This document shows, in pieces, positions 29,401 to 44,164 of a DNA stretch of 64,000 nt; the first letter of the stretch is position 1, and each line of letters starts with the position of its first letter. This DNA is from Eledone cirrhosa (lineage: Eukaryota). The DNA lies in contig CAXHJY010001102.1 of NCBI GenBank assembly GCA_964016885.1, positions 100,642-164,641 on the forward strand. The letters are read 5' to 3'. The position numbers and the translations under genes are program-made. Under the pieces are notes generated by a model that was not told the DNA's origin, ran no database searches, and saw only the letters and a program-made list of their open reading frames with translations.

Positions 29401-32400
29401 CCTGAGATATTCTAACCACATGTCTGTTGTATCTGAGCTGTGATCTCTCAATTCAGAGATTCTTTCCTGAGACATTCTAACCACATGTCTGTAGTATCAG
29501 AGCTGTGATCTCTCAATTCAGAGATTCTTTCCTGAGACATTCTAACCACATGTCTGTAGTATCAGAGCTGTGATCTCTCAATTCAGAGATTCTTTCCTGA
29601 GACATTCTACCCACATGTCTGTAGTATCAGAGCTGTGATCCTTCAATTCAGAGACTCTTTCCTGAGATATTCTAACCACATGTCTGTAGTATCAGAGCTG
29701 TGATCTCTCAATTCAGAGATTCTTTCCTGAGACATTCTAACCACATGTCTGTAGTATCAGAGCTGTGATCCTTCAATTCAGAGATTCTTTCCTGAGATAT
29801 TCTAACCACATGTCTGTTGTATCTGAGCTGTGATCTCTCAATTCAGAGATTCTTTCCTGAGACATTCTAACCACATGTCTGTAGTATCAGAGCTGTGATC
29901 CTTCAATTCAGAGATTCTTTCCTGAGACATTCTAACCACATGTCTGTAGTATCAGAGCTGTGATCTCTCAATTCAGAGATTCTTTCCTGAGACATTCTAA
30001 CCACATGTCTGTAATATCAGAGCTGTGGTCTCTCAATTCAGAGTTTCTTTCCTGAGACATTCTAACCACATGTCTGTTGTATCTGAGCTGTGATCTCTCA
30101 ATCCAGAGATTCTTTCCTGAGACATTCTAACCACATGTCTGTAGTATCAGAGCTGTGATCTCTCAATTCAGAGATTCTTTCCTGAGACATTCTAACCACA
30201 TCTCTGTAGTATCAGAGCTGTGATCTCTCAATTCAGAGATTCTTTCCTGAGACATTCTAACCACATGTCTGTAGTATCAGAGCTGTGATCCTTCAATTCA
30301 GAGATTCTTTCCTGAGACATTCTAACCACATGTCTGTAGTATCAGAGCTGTGATCTCTCAATTCAGAGATTATTTCCTGAGACATTCTAACCACATGTCT
30401 GTAGTATCAGAGCTGTGATCTCTCAATTCAGAGATTCTTTCCTGAGACATTCTAACCACATGTCTGTAGTATCAGAGCTGTGATCCTTCAATTCAGAGAT
30501 TCTTTCCTGAGATATTCTAACCACATGTCTGTAGTATCAGAGCTGTGATCTCTCAATTCAGAGATTCTTTCCTGAGACATTCTAACCACATGTCTGTAGT
30601 ATCAGAGCTGTGATCCTTCAATTCAGAGATTCTTTCCTGAGATATTCTAACCACATGTCTGTTGTATCTGAGCTGTGATCTCTCAATTCAGAGATTCTTT
30701 CCTGAGACATTCTAACCACATGTCTGTAGTATCAGAGCTGTGATCTCTCAATTCAGAGATTCTTTCCTGAGACATTCTAACCACATGTCTGTAGTATCAG
30801 AGCTGTGATCCTTCAATTCAGAGATTCTTTCCTGAGACATTCTAACCACATGTCTGTAGTATCAGAGCTGTGATCCTTCAATTCAGAGATCCTTTCCTGA
30901 GATATTCTAACCACATGTCTGTTGTATCTGAGCTGAGATCTCTCAATTCAGAGATTCTTTCCTGAGACATTCTAACCACATGTCTGTAGTATCAGAGCTG
31001 TGATCTCTCAATTCAGAGATTCTTTCCTGAGACATTCTAACCACATGTCTGTAGTATCAGAGCTGTGATCTCTCAATTCAGAGATTCTTTCCTGAGACAT
31101 TCTAACCACATGTCTGTAGTATCAGAGCTGTGATCCTTCAATTCAGAGATTCTTTCCTGAGATATTCTAACCACATGTCTGTAGTATCAGAGCTGTGATC
31201 TCTCAATTCAGAGATTCTTTCCTGAGACATTCTAACCACATGTCTGTAGTATCAGAGCTGTGATCTCTCAATTCAGAGATTCTTTCCTGAGACATTCTAA
31301 CCACATGTCTGTAGTATCAGAGCTGTTATCTCTCAATTCAGAGATTCTTTCCTGAGACATTCTAACCACATGTCTGTAGTATCAGAGCTGTGATCTCTCA
31401 ATTCAGAGATTCTTTCCTGAGACATTCTAACCACATGTCTGTAGTATCAGAGCTGTGATCCTTCAATTCAGAGATTCTTTCCTGAGACATTCTAACCACA
31501 TGTCTGTAGTATCAGAGCTGTGATCCTTCAATTCAGAGATTCTTTCCTAAGATATTCTAACCACATGTCTGTTGTATCTGAGCTGTGATCTCTCAATTCA
31601 GAGATTCTTTCCTGAGACATTCTAACCACATGTCTGTAGTATCAGAGCTGTGATCCTTCAATTCAGAGATTCTTTCCTGAGACATTCTAACCACATGTCT
31701 GTAGTATCAGAGCTGTGATCTCTCAATTCAGAGATTCTTTCCTGAGACATTCTAACCACATGTCTGTAATATCAGAGCTGTGGTCTCTCAATTCAGAGTT
31801 TCTTTCCTGAGACATTCTAACCACATGTCTGTTGTATCTGAGCTGTGATCTCTCAATCCAGAGATTCTTTCCTGAGACATTCTAACCACATGTCTGTAGT
31901 ATCAGAGCTGTGATCTCTCAATTCAGAGATTCTTTCCTGAGACATTCTAACCACATGTCTGTAGTATCAGAGCTGTGATCTCTCAATTCAGAGATTCTTT
32001 CCTGAGACATTCTAACCACATGTCTGTAGTATCAGAGCTGTGATCCTTCAATTCAGAGATTCTTTCCTGAGATATTCTAACCACATGTCTGTAGTATCTG
32101 AGCTGTGATCCCTCAATTCAGAGATTCTTTCCTGAGACATTCTAACCACATCTCTGTAGTATCAGAGCTGTGATCTCTCAATTCAGAGATTCTTTCCTGA
32201 GACATTCTAACCACATGTCTGTAGTATCAGAGCTGTGATCCTTCAATTCAGAGATTCTTTCCTGAGACATTCTAACCACATGTCTGTAGTATCAGAGCTG
32301 TGATCTCTCAATTCAGAGATTCTTTCCTGAGACATTCTAACCACATGTCTGTAGTATCAGAGCTGTGATCTCTCAATTCAGAGATTCTTTCCTGAGACAT

Positions 32401-33820
32401 TCTAACCACATGTCTGTAGTATCAGAGCTGTGATCCTTCAATTCAGAGATTCTTTCCTGAGATATTCTAACCACATGTCTGTAGTATCAGAGCTGTGATC
32501 TCTCAATTCAGAGATTCTTTCCTGAGACATTCTAACCACATGTCTGTAGTATCAGAGCTGTGATCCTTCAATTCAGAGATTCTTTCCTGAGATATTCTAA
32601 CCACATGTCTGTTGTATCTGAGCTGTGATCTCTCAATTCAGAGATTCTTTCCTGAGACATTCTAACCACATGTCTGTAGTATCAGAGCTGTGATCTCTCA
32701 ATTCAGAGATTCTTTCCTGAGACATTCTAACCACATGTCTGTAGTATCAGAGCTGTGATCTCTCAATTCAGAGATTCTTTCCTGAGACATTCTAACCACA
32801 TGTCTGTAGTATCAGAGCTGTGATCCTTCAATTCAGAGATTCTTTCCTGAGATATTCTAACCACATGTCTGTAGTATCAGAGCTGTGATCTCTCAATTCA
32901 GAGATTCTTTCCTGAGACATTCTAACCACATGTCTGTAGTATCAGAGCTGTGATCCTTCAATTCAGAGATCCTTTCCTGAGATATTCTAACCACATGTCT
33001 GTTGTATCTGAGCTGAGATCTCTCAATTCAGAGATTCTTTCCTGAGACATTCTAACCACATGTCTGTAGTATCAGAGCTGTGATCTCTCAATTCAGAGAT
33101 TCTTTCCTGAGACATTCTAACCACATGTCTGTAGTATCAGAGCTGTGATCTCTCAATTCAGAGATTCTTTCCTGAGACATTCTAACCCCATGTCTGTAGT
33201 ATCAGAGCTGTGATCCTTCAATTCAGAGATTCTTTCCTGAGATATTCTAACCACATGTCTGTAGTATCAGAGCTGTGATCTCTCAATTCAGAGATTCTTT
33301 CCTGAGACATTCTAACCACATGTCTGTAGTATCAGAGCTGTGATCTCTCAATTCAGAGACTCTTTCCTGAGACATTCTAACCACATGTCTGTAGTATCAG
33401 AGCTGTTATCTCTCAATTCAGAGATTCTTTCCTGAGACATTCTAACCACATGTCTGTAGTATCAGAGCTGTGATCCTTCAATTCAGAGATTCTTTCCTGA
33501 GATATTCTAACCACATGTCTGTAGTATCAGAGCTGTGATCTCTCAATTCAGAGATTCTTTCCTGAGACATTCTAACCACATGTCTGTAGTATCAGAGCTG
33601 TGATCTCTCAATTCAGAGACTCTTTCCTGAGACATTCTAACCACATGTCTGTAGTATCAGAGCTGTGATCTCTCAATTCAGAGATTCTTTCCTGAGACAT
33701 TCTAACCACATGTCTGTAGTATCAGAGCTGTGATCTCTGAATTCAGAGACTCTTTCCTGAGACATTCTAACCACATGTCTGTAGTATCAGAGCTCTGATA
33801 TCTCAATTCAGAGATTCTCT
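26441..33820. repeat. 65-bp satellite array (~113 copies) with higher-order duplication
   Basis: Unit TCAGAGCTGTGATCTCTCAATTCAGAGATTCTTTCCTGAGACATTCTAACCACATGTCTGTAGTA. Confidence 0.98.
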
Positions 33821-33835
33821 TGAGGCCAGACCATA

Positions 33836-33903
33836 AAGGGCCATAACTCTATGCTGCAAAGCATGGCGTCCGACACACTAACGATATTGCCAACCCGCCA
33901 CCA
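33836..33903 (-). mobile_element. SINE S1 5' head fragment abutting the satellite
   Basis: Reverse strand GGTGGCGGGTTGGCAATATCG...GGACGCCATGCTTTGCAGCATAGAG. Confidence 0.75.
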
Positions 33904-34367
33904 CTACATACATACAAATATAATTGTTTCTATTTTAGGCACATACATACAAATATAATATCAGTCCAGTATAGGCAGCGAAGTGATAGAGTCGTTAGAA
34001 TGCTGTACGTCAAAATGGCGCCCCTACAACTCTCACGGGAGTTACGGGCCCTTAACACACTATACTATACATACAAAATAAAACTATATACACAAAACAA
34101 ACCTATAATATATACTTTATAGAATAAATATATGCACAGTAAATTGTACCAATTTCCATTGCTGATACATATATATCATATTTCACTTTAGTTAAACACA
34201 CCGTAAGTGATCATGTAAATATGTTTGTATGCATGTATGTATATATAAATGTATGGATGTATATATGTATGTATGTATGTATGTAAAATGTATAGAATAT
34301 GTATATGTACGCACATATATAGATGAAAAGATGGTATGAGTGACTGGTTATAGATAATCCTTTATTT

Positions 34368-34423
34368 ACTGCTATATCTATTTCGATGATAGCCATTGAA
34401 TGGCTATGACCTCATCAGGCAGT
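34368..34423 (-). ncRNA. Type I HHR motif (singleton family)
   Basis: ACTGC-CTGATGA-ggtc-ATAGCCA-ttcaa-TGGCTAT-catc-GAA-ATAGATAT-A-GCAGT. Confidence 0.8.
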
Positions 34424-34513
34424 TAGTCAGTTATGCCAGCTCTGTGTTTATGGTGTTGATGGTATCAGAGCCTTGGGACATATATATATATATTTATTAA
34501 AATAACAGATTAA

Positions 34514-34564
34514 AGTTTAAGCAAAGAATCGCTGCTTTCACCCTTAACAGGATCTTCTGAAAAT
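34514..34564 (-). ncRNA. HHR-like motif with CAGAAGA core (family J, copy 2)
   Basis: Reverse complement closely matches 12426-12495. Confidence 0.5.
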
Positions 34565-34610
34565 CCTTATCGAGCCCTCTTTGGATTTTAGTCTTCAAAT
34601 TTATAATTAT

Positions 34611-34651
<41 letters not shown>

Positions 34652-34656
<5 letters not shown>

Positions 34657-34749
34657 TTCGTTTCTGAATTTGTTTAGCAAGATTCTTTATCTGAAATCGT
34701 GTGTTGAAACCGATATTGTTATACTTTGGGAGGGTCATGTTGCCAATAT
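34652..34749 (-). mobile_element. Family G pLTR terminal fragment
   Basis: Near-identical to 48505-48600; overlaps the sequence at 39665. Confidence 0.65.
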
Positions 34750-34916
34750 AATATATATACATATACATACATATATGTAAATATATATATACATATATAC
34801 ATATATATATATACACACACATACATATATACATACACATATATATATATATATATACATACATATATATGTAAATATACATACATATACATACATACAC
34901 ACAAACAGACACAAAC

Positions 34917-34965
<49 letters not shown>

Positions 34966-35305
34966 GAAACTATTAGATTTTTCCTGTGTTCCTGCTTATC
35001 ATTTCCTAGAATGTCACCGCAGGCAGTCAGGGGACCGATCCCCCACGATCTCAATGTTTTCTTCGATCAGAGTAGGTTATGATTATCGGAACATCTCGCT
35101 TACTTTCTTTCTTTATATATATATATATATATATATGAAAATACATATATATATACATAAATATAAATCTATATAAATCTATAAGCATATGTATGCATAT
35201 ATATACATATAAATACATATATATATATATATATATATACATAAAATACATATATATATATATACATACACACACACACACATATATATACACGTATATG
35301 TATAA

Positions 35306-35350
<45 letters not shown>

Positions 35351-35700
35351 TTTGTATAATTTTGTTATGTAAAACAAACAGTACACAGTGTTTTCAAACA
35401 CTGCACACATATATATACACACACTCACACACACACACACACGCATATATATATATATATATATATATATACTTATGTGTGTGAGTGTATATATATATAT
35501 ATACACGATCATATGTGTGTGTTTACGTGAGCCAAAGTGTATATAGATCTGGCCGCACTGTGTCAATCTCTAACGCAAACAAGACGGTTATGTGATTAAC
35601 ATGGCGTCCCTATAAGCGGTTCCTGCAGGCCAACTCGTAAATCAATCCGCCATTTTGTCTCAGTTTGTTTGATTATACATACACACACGTATGAATGTAT

Positions 35701-35753
<53 letters not shown>

Positions 35754-35819
35754 CACACACACACAGATAGATGGATATATGCATATATATATGCATATAT
35801 CCATCTATCTGTGAGTATG

Positions 35820-35851
<32 letters not shown>

Positions 35852-36388
35852 TCACTCACTCTCTCACACTCTCTCTCTATGTATATATATATATAGAGAT
35901 ATATATATATATTCACACGTATGTGCATGCATACTGTCCTATATATGTCTGTATGCATGGGTGTATGAATAGTGTGTATATATGAATTTGTATGTATGTA
36001 TATTGTTCTAGTCACATTATTTTATAAACTTTCACGAAAAGAGAGCCGGTTTCTAACACAGCCACAAAATCAACTATGTAGATTTTTATGCATGCATGCA
36101 TGTGTATGTCTGTGCAGGTATGGATGTTATTGTATGTGTGGATGTGTATGTTTTGAGTTATATGTGTGCATGTGTATATGCTTTGTATTTATAGATATGT
36201 ATATGCAGTTATTAGATGCAGAATTTTTGGAATGTTTTACATATTTTTACTGTTCCATTAATCGATTGTACTTGTAATTTCCTAACTAGTGGGTGTTCTT
36301 TTGAGCTCTGGGAAGCCCAGCTTCTCAAGGTTTGTACCGAGGCAGTTACTAACATATCCCAGAGCTCCTGTAATCAAAGGTATATCAA

Positions 36389-36493
<105 letters not shown>

Positions 36494-36510
36494 CATTATA
36501 AAGAAAGAAG

Positions 36511-36697
36511 GGTGGTGGATTGGCAGTATCAGTAGGGGGTCGGACGCCATGCTTTCCAGCATAGTTACGTCCCTTTACGATCTGAGTTCAAATCCCGCCG
36601 AGGTTGACTTTGCCTTTCATCCTTACGGGATCGATAAAATAAAGTACCAGTAATGCACTGGGTATTTTGCTGGCCTTGTGCCTAAAGTAGAAACAAT
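36511..36697 (+). mobile_element. SINE S1 full length with 16-bp TSD
   Basis: ATTATAAAGAAAGAAG on both sides. Confidence 0.93.
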
Positions 36698-36876
36698 TAT
36701 AAAGAAAGAAGAAACATTAGATATAATTAACAAGATATACCATACCCAAATTTCGTCACTACTCCTCGACTACGTAGTTTCGTGGCTTACTATGCAAAAA
36801 CATTACATCACAGAGATGCAGTATTTTTGTGAGGTTTGCCGACTTATCAAGAGGATACCTCACATATATATATATA

Positions 36877-37012
36877 GAGTTTATCCCGGGTTCAATCGGG
36901 GATAACCCCAGTAAGTAAGGTACTGAATACAAAGCAGAGTATAAATATTTAATATAGAAAAGTTTCTACAGGACTAGAACTGTTTCATTCGTGAGAAATC
37001 ACCAGGAAGCAT
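36877..37012 (-). mobile_element. Family B pLTR remnant; HHR 36962-37010 with mutated core (CTGGTGA)
   Basis: Homology to 4044-4180. Confidence 0.7.
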
Positions 37013-37032
37013 CAGCTTAAAGTTTCAGAGGG

Positions 37033-37068
37033 TCTTAACGTTTCGGACGCTAGTCCTTCATCAGAAGA
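37033..37068 (-). ncRNA. Minimal type I HHR
   Basis: TCTT-CTGATGA-a-GGAC-tagc-GTCC-GAA-ACGT-T-AAGA; decayed relative at 57569-57606. Confidence 0.75.
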
Positions 37069-37262
37069 AAGAATGAGAAATAAGATAGATTGAGGGGACG
37101 GGCAGGATGGAATTGAAAAAAAAATGTCTTTGTATGTATGTATATATGTATATATGCATTCATGCATATATATAGGTATATATGTGTATGACTATGTATG
37201 TATGTATGTATGTATGTATGTATGTATGTATGTATGTATGTATGTATGTATGTATGTATGTA

Positions 37263-37319
<57 letters not shown>

Positions 37320-37526
37320 ATGTATGCAAGTATAAAGGTGATAGACCTCTACACTTTTATGTATATATGTATGTATGCATTCATGCATATATATATATAT
37401 ATGTGTATGACACTATGTATGTATGTATGTATGTATGTATGTATGTATGTATGTATGTATGTATGTATGTATGAGTGTATGTGTGTCTGTGTATGAAGTC
37501 TAAATGTGATAGACCTCTACACTTTA

Positions 37527-37680
37527 GCTCGATCTGTTAGAAATAGCAGTCAAATCAGCCCTAATCTGAAATCACGGTAGTCTTAAATAAGAAAAGGATG
37601 CATCAACAACAGAGGGGACGCTCACGGCTGGAATGTCTTTGATCATAGATCTGATGTGTCAGACATGGCCTGGGTCTAGT
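37527..37680 (+). mobile_element. Degenerate SINE 3' portion
   Basis: TAGAAATAGCAG(T/C)CA motif shared with a reverse copy at ~53205-53340; resembles a common octopus SINE (from memory). Confidence 0.45.
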
Positions 37681-38043
37681 CGCCGCCGCCGCCGTCGTCT
37701 TCAACGCCGTTGTCAATTATTCCAGCCAATATGAAGACCACCACCAGCACCACCACCACCAACATATCCACCACCAACACCACCACCATAACCAGTACTT
37801 CAACGGCCACCTCCACCACCACCACCACTACCACCATCAACAACGCCACCAACAGCACCACCAGTACGACCCCCTCACTAACACCACTACACCACCACCA
37901 CCACCACCACCACAACTACTAACGCCCCTAACACCACCACCCTCCCCACCCTCTGAGATCTTCAGAAGGAAATGAAGCGAAATAATCATGGTTTTGATTA
38001 TATATTTAACAATCAAGTTGCTATATATATAGCTAATTGTGTG

Positions 38044-38087
<44 letters not shown>

Positions 38088-38145
38088 CTACTTGTGTGGT
38101 GTATATATATATATATATATATACATATATATAGCTACTTGTGTG

Positions 38146-38186
<41 letters not shown>

Positions 38187-38389
38187 GCAACTTGTGTGGT
38201 GTATATATATATATATATATATACATATATATATAGATACTTGTGTGGTGTATATATATATATATATATATATATATGCCACGCAAGTAGCTATATATAT
38301 ATATATATGGGTGTATATTTATATATATATATAGAGGGACATATATAAGTATATACATACATATATACTTACATTTATAACTATTGTGA

Positions 38390-38445
<56 letters not shown>

Positions 38446-38776
38446 TCGAGTACTCAATACATGGTGTCGATAATAAGTAGTTCAGGAATCGGGCGACGGT
38501 ATTCGACTGTAATTATTACAGAAGAAAATGGCGGCTTGATTGCTAAGGTAATCATTTCTATATAAAGATACACACACACACACACGCTTACAGAGATGTG
38601 TGTGTGTATGTGCATGTATATATGATCGGAGATATGTATCTATATTATATATATATATTTATATATATAAGTGTGAATGTGTATGTATATATACGCATAT
38701 ATATATGCATGTGTGTGTATTGGATTATAAGTATGTATCTTATGCATGTGTATTTGCCTATCTATCTATCTATTTA

Positions 38777-38858
<82 letters not shown>

Positions 38859-39084
38859 CATATACACACACATATATATATATACACATATATATATGTT
38901 TATATGTAGGCATACATACACACACGAAATGTGTGTCTGAGAGACAGAATTCATTTCCTGTGGTGATAAATTCTCGTTTCATCAATAGTGACAAATATAT
39001 CTAGACGTAAGTAGGTCATTCCCACAATGACCACCACCACCGAAACCATTAGCCGTGTCAAATATATCTCTACCATAAATGAGG

Positions 39085-39146
<62 letters not shown>

Positions 39147-39147
39147 C

Positions 39148-39373
39148 ATGGTGGCTGCCAACTCGTTTTCGAGTACGGCCACTACTTTATATCCATGTAG
39201 GAGAACTCCTACCGATGCGCTGAACGAGAGTGACTTTTTAGTCCAGCCAGCGACTTGAAAATTATTGACACATAGTGCTGGGCCCATGGTACCATGTGAC
39301 GACAAGTGCAGAGAGATCTCCAGATATAAAGCAATGCCTGTGCCGTGAAGCCTTTATAGTGAGCAAAGGCACT
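39148..39373 (-). mobile_element. 3' fragment of RTE-derived element (copy of 52322-52578 with a ~30-bp deletion)
   Basis: Direct homology; encodes [16 protein letters not shown]. Confidence 0.75.
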
Positions 39374-39437
39374 ATATATATATACATATATATATATATA
39401 CATACATACATATATATATATACATACATACATACAC

Positions 39438-39484
<47 letters not shown>

Positions 39485-39507
39485 AAAATCTGCTTCGTAG
39501 AATCAAC

Positions 39508-39601
39508 ACGTATCTGAGGACCTTGCGATTTTCAGCGTCAGGTTCGATCATCACATCGATCGTGCCTCGAGCTGGTCGCCAGAGAAACGATTGTAATATG
39601 T
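39508..39601 (+). ncRNA. Type I HHR with extended stem II
   Basis: ACGTAT-CTGAGGA-[63-nt interrupted hairpin]-GAA-ACGATTGT-A-ATATGT. Confidence 0.65.
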
Positions 39602-39664
39602 CCAATAAATTCCATTCGCCGCAACACTTGATTCTCTTTTTTTCTGTGATATATATATATATAT

Positions 39665-40085
39665 ATTGTTATACTTTGGGAGGGTCATGTTGCCAATAAG
39701 AAACACACGCACCAGTTGCTTTCACTTCAATTTATTATAATAAATTTATAAATTTAGGAACTTATAAATTTCCGGTTGGTTGGTTGGTTCCACAACCAGA
39801 TGGTTGTTTATATATTGTCAAAGTTCTTTCGTCACACATTCTGTGACCTCTTCAGTGACTGGGGATTCTTTTCTTTGTTTTTGTGCCTCTTCTTTGTTCT
39901 GTCCTACGCCATCTTGTTTCTGTGTGTGTGTTGTGTGCTCAGTCTGCGCATGCCCCACATCTGGGTGCCTGTGTGTGTTTATATTCGTTTATTTATTTGT
40001 TTATTTACATGTTACTGGTTGGTTATTTGTTCTATGTGCGCGTGTGTTTTCATTTCGTCGTTAATTGTAAGTTGTAAGTTGTATA
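39665..40085 (-). mobile_element. Family G pLTR remnant containing an HHR at 39817-39859
   Basis: GTCA-CTGAAGA-g-GTCACA-gaatg-TGTGAC-GAA-AGAACT-T-TGAC. Confidence 0.7.
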
Positions 40086-40098
40086 TAACGAAATATAT

Positions 40099-40141
<43 letters not shown>

Positions 40142-40419
40142 GGGTGGGGGGGGTGTATATATACATGAGTTTTCGCCGTTTTTTTGACTAAAGAAATTTA
40201 AACCTAATAGTGGGATTTAGAACTCTCTAGGAAATGGAAAAAGTTACGCCAATACTCACCCTTTTCCATTTCTTAGAGGTTCTAAACTCCAATATTAGGC
40301 TAACATTTCTTTAGTCAAAAATAAGGCGAAACCTTCTATTTCTAATTTCAAACTCGCTCACTGTTTCAAAACAAACTTACTTTTCATATATATATATATG
40401 AAAAGTAAGTTTGTTGATG

Positions 40420-40555
40420 TGACACATCCCGAGCTGAAGATCCGCGAAGGTGAAACAATTGTTCTCGGTATGGTGAACTAACTGTTGTGTAACCACTTCT
40501 ACCTAACTTGTTCCTTGGACTCTACCACTACGGATATTACCTTCCAGTGTTCCAC

Positions 40556-40559
<4 letters not shown>
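40420..40559 (+). mobile_element. Family E pLTR remnant with HHR at 40429-40468
   Basis: CCGAG-CTGAAGA-tCCgcgaaGGt-GAA-ACAATTGT-T-CTCGG; copy at 48229-48369. Confidence 0.75.
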
Positions 40560-40607
<48 letters not shown>

Positions 40608-40738
40608 TAGATTGAGTTAGAAACTCAAAATAGTCTTTTACAATTAAATAGCTCAAAGAAGGGAATCTTTCCGAGCCGTGTAACATAATTGAATATATGA
40701 GACAGATGAAGCCCAATGCTCTAACCTCTAAGCCATGC

Positions 40739-40827
<89 letters not shown>

Positions 40828-40973
40828 GTGTGTGTGTGTTTATGTGTGTGTGTGTGTGTGTGCGTGTGTGTGAAGTATTTTGGTAGAAAAGGTAAAAGAA
40901 AAAAGACTGCCCTGAAACCTTCTGTAATGAAATAATTATATTGTGTTGTTTATTATATAATAACTAATAATAA

Positions 40974-41075
<102 letters not shown>

Positions 41076-41111
41076 ACATATATATACACATGTGTGTATA
41101 GATATATATGT

Positions 41112-41147
<36 letters not shown>

Positions 41148-41238
41148 ATATATATATATACTCGTATATATATATATATATATATATACATACGCACGCG
41201 TACACATATATATGATTTTAGTAACATACATGCAATGG

Positions 41239-41276
<38 letters not shown>

Positions 41277-41342
41277 ATGATGATGACGACGATGATGATT
41301 GCTATAGCAATGATGTTGCCGATGACGATGACGATGATGGTG

Positions 41343-41377
<35 letters not shown>

Positions 41378-41828
41378 TTAGCGATGTCTCTGATCGTGAT
41401 GATGATAATGATCAAGATGGCGATGATCACGATGATGGCGATGGTGATAACAAACCAACAACCGCCCAACAATCACTACAAAAGATCACAAACCCCCCCA
41501 GCTCGCTCCGCCCTTCACCAAACCCACGCTCATTCCCACTTAAGTGTCTCCTAGCAACTCTTCGTTGCTCACACGAAGTATATCACCGTAGCTTACGCTT
41601 TATAAGGTGTGCTGTACTTAGTAACGAGGGATACGGTTAGGAGCAGGTTAGCAGGGTAGCGGTGGGCCGGAGGAAAAGGGGCCATGATATAGCAGAACAG
41701 GTGGTATGGTAGGGGTTGAGGTGGTTGTGTTAGTTGTCGGTTTGTAAATAGGGAGCTCTGGGGTTGGTGTAGTGAAGGACGGGGGCCTCTGTTGAAACAT
41801 CAAATGATGTAAATCTTTAGGTAAACTG

Positions 41829-41921
<93 letters not shown>

Positions 41922-41955
41922 TATACATATATATATATATATGTATATACGCATA

Positions 41956-42021
<66 letters not shown>

Positions 42022-42200
42022 CATATATACACGCATATATATATATACATACGTATATGTATATTTATATATTTGTTATATAATATATATGTGTTATATA
42101 TATATATATATATCTATATATATATATTATAACACACATATATTATATAACATATATATATATACACACAAAATAGTGAGTAATATCTACACGCACAAAT

Positions 42201-42240
<40 letters not shown>

Positions 42241-42356
42241 TTTATGATAATAAAATATATATAAAATAAATATCTACATATCCCATGGATTATATCTCTC
42301 GTTTGTTTGTGCAACAACCATGCAACACACACACACATATATATATATACACACAC

Positions 42357-42398
<42 letters not shown>

Positions 42399-42596
42399 AT
42401 ATTTACCTTACACAGTTTGAATAAGCACGGAGTGGCAAAACTTGAAATCCCCCTAAGCCATGGTTTATAACAAATTTCGATCGTTTTACATACACACACA
42501 CACATATATATATACTCTTATATGTATGTATATTATATACATATATATTATATATATATGCATATATAATATATATATGTCATATATATATATATT

Positions 42597-42735
<139 letters not shown>

Positions 42736-42964
42736 TACACACTCATATATGTATGTATTATATTATATACATATATATTATATATATATATGTATATATA
42801 ATATATATGTGTCATATATATATATATATTATATATACATATGCATATAAATTATATATATATATGTATATATATATATATGGATATATATTGACTCAAC
42901 ATCAAAAATAAAATGTAATGTCAAGAAGGGTTAGATACTGGAAACATTTATTGATGTTTGAGAA

Positions 42965-43570
42965 CGCCACCACCACCACCACCATTGTCCTCATCCCCAC
43001 CACCACAGCACCACCACACCACCACCACCACAGCACCACCACCACCACCACAACCACTGCAGGCAACACCGCCACCAGCAGCACAGCGCCGACACCACCA
43101 TTGCTATCATCCTCACCACCACCACCACACCACCACCACCACCACCATTGCTATCACTACGGCACCGCCACCAGCACAAACATCACAGACAACACCAGCA
43201 ACACCACCGCCATCATCCTCACCTCGACCTACACTACTGCCACCACCACCACTACACCACCGCCACAACCACTACTACCACCACCACCTCCACTACTACC
43301 ACCACCACTACCTCCACCACTACCACCACTACACCACCGCCACAACCACTACCACCATCACAGACAACATCAGCAGCACCAGAAACAGCAGCAGCACCAC
43401 CACCACCACCTCCACCACCACCACTACCACCACCACTGCCATCACCACTCTACGACCATAACTAATATCAACACCACCAGCAACTCATCTGCCCACCACC
43501 CGTTCACATAGACACACCACCACACCATCACGTAACCCCACACCACCACCACACCACCACCACCACCCTT
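42965..43570. repeat. (CCA)n-type low-complexity tract
   Basis: Seen directly. Confidence 0.85.
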
Positions 43571-44102
43571 TCTGATCAATAACACTGCGTCTCCATGGAT
43601 GCTCTCGACCTCTGAAGTAATCACTCACACACACACAGCGAGACACATACACACAAGGCACACACACACACACAGCGAGACACACACACAACGACACAAC
43701 GACACACAACGATTCACACACACACACACGACACACACATACACACACAACGACACAATGATACACACACAACTAGACACACACATACACACAACGACAC
43801 ACACACACAATGACCTACACACGCACTCACACACACACACAACGACACACACACATGTCTTCACTCAAATACACAAACACATATACACACACCTAGGAAT
43901 CTAAGCCGTGACTCCCGACTCCTGTACGACGGTGAGCTAATAAGCCTTAACTAGTAAGCCAGGGACCGAACTAACTACCTCTCGAACGCTGTACGGCCTC
44001 GAACCAAACTGACTCACCTTTACAATGAGTGTAATATATATATATATATTATATATTAAGAAATACTGTTGGCTTCTTGCTCACATTAATTTCTCTATTT
44101 TC

Positions 44103-44162
<60 letters not shown>

Positions 44163-44164
<2 letters not shown>

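Noticed and set aside
41648-41830. Possible retroelement ORF terminus ([12 protein letters not shown])
   Set aside because: Too short and low-complexity to assign; no HHR or tail found nearby.
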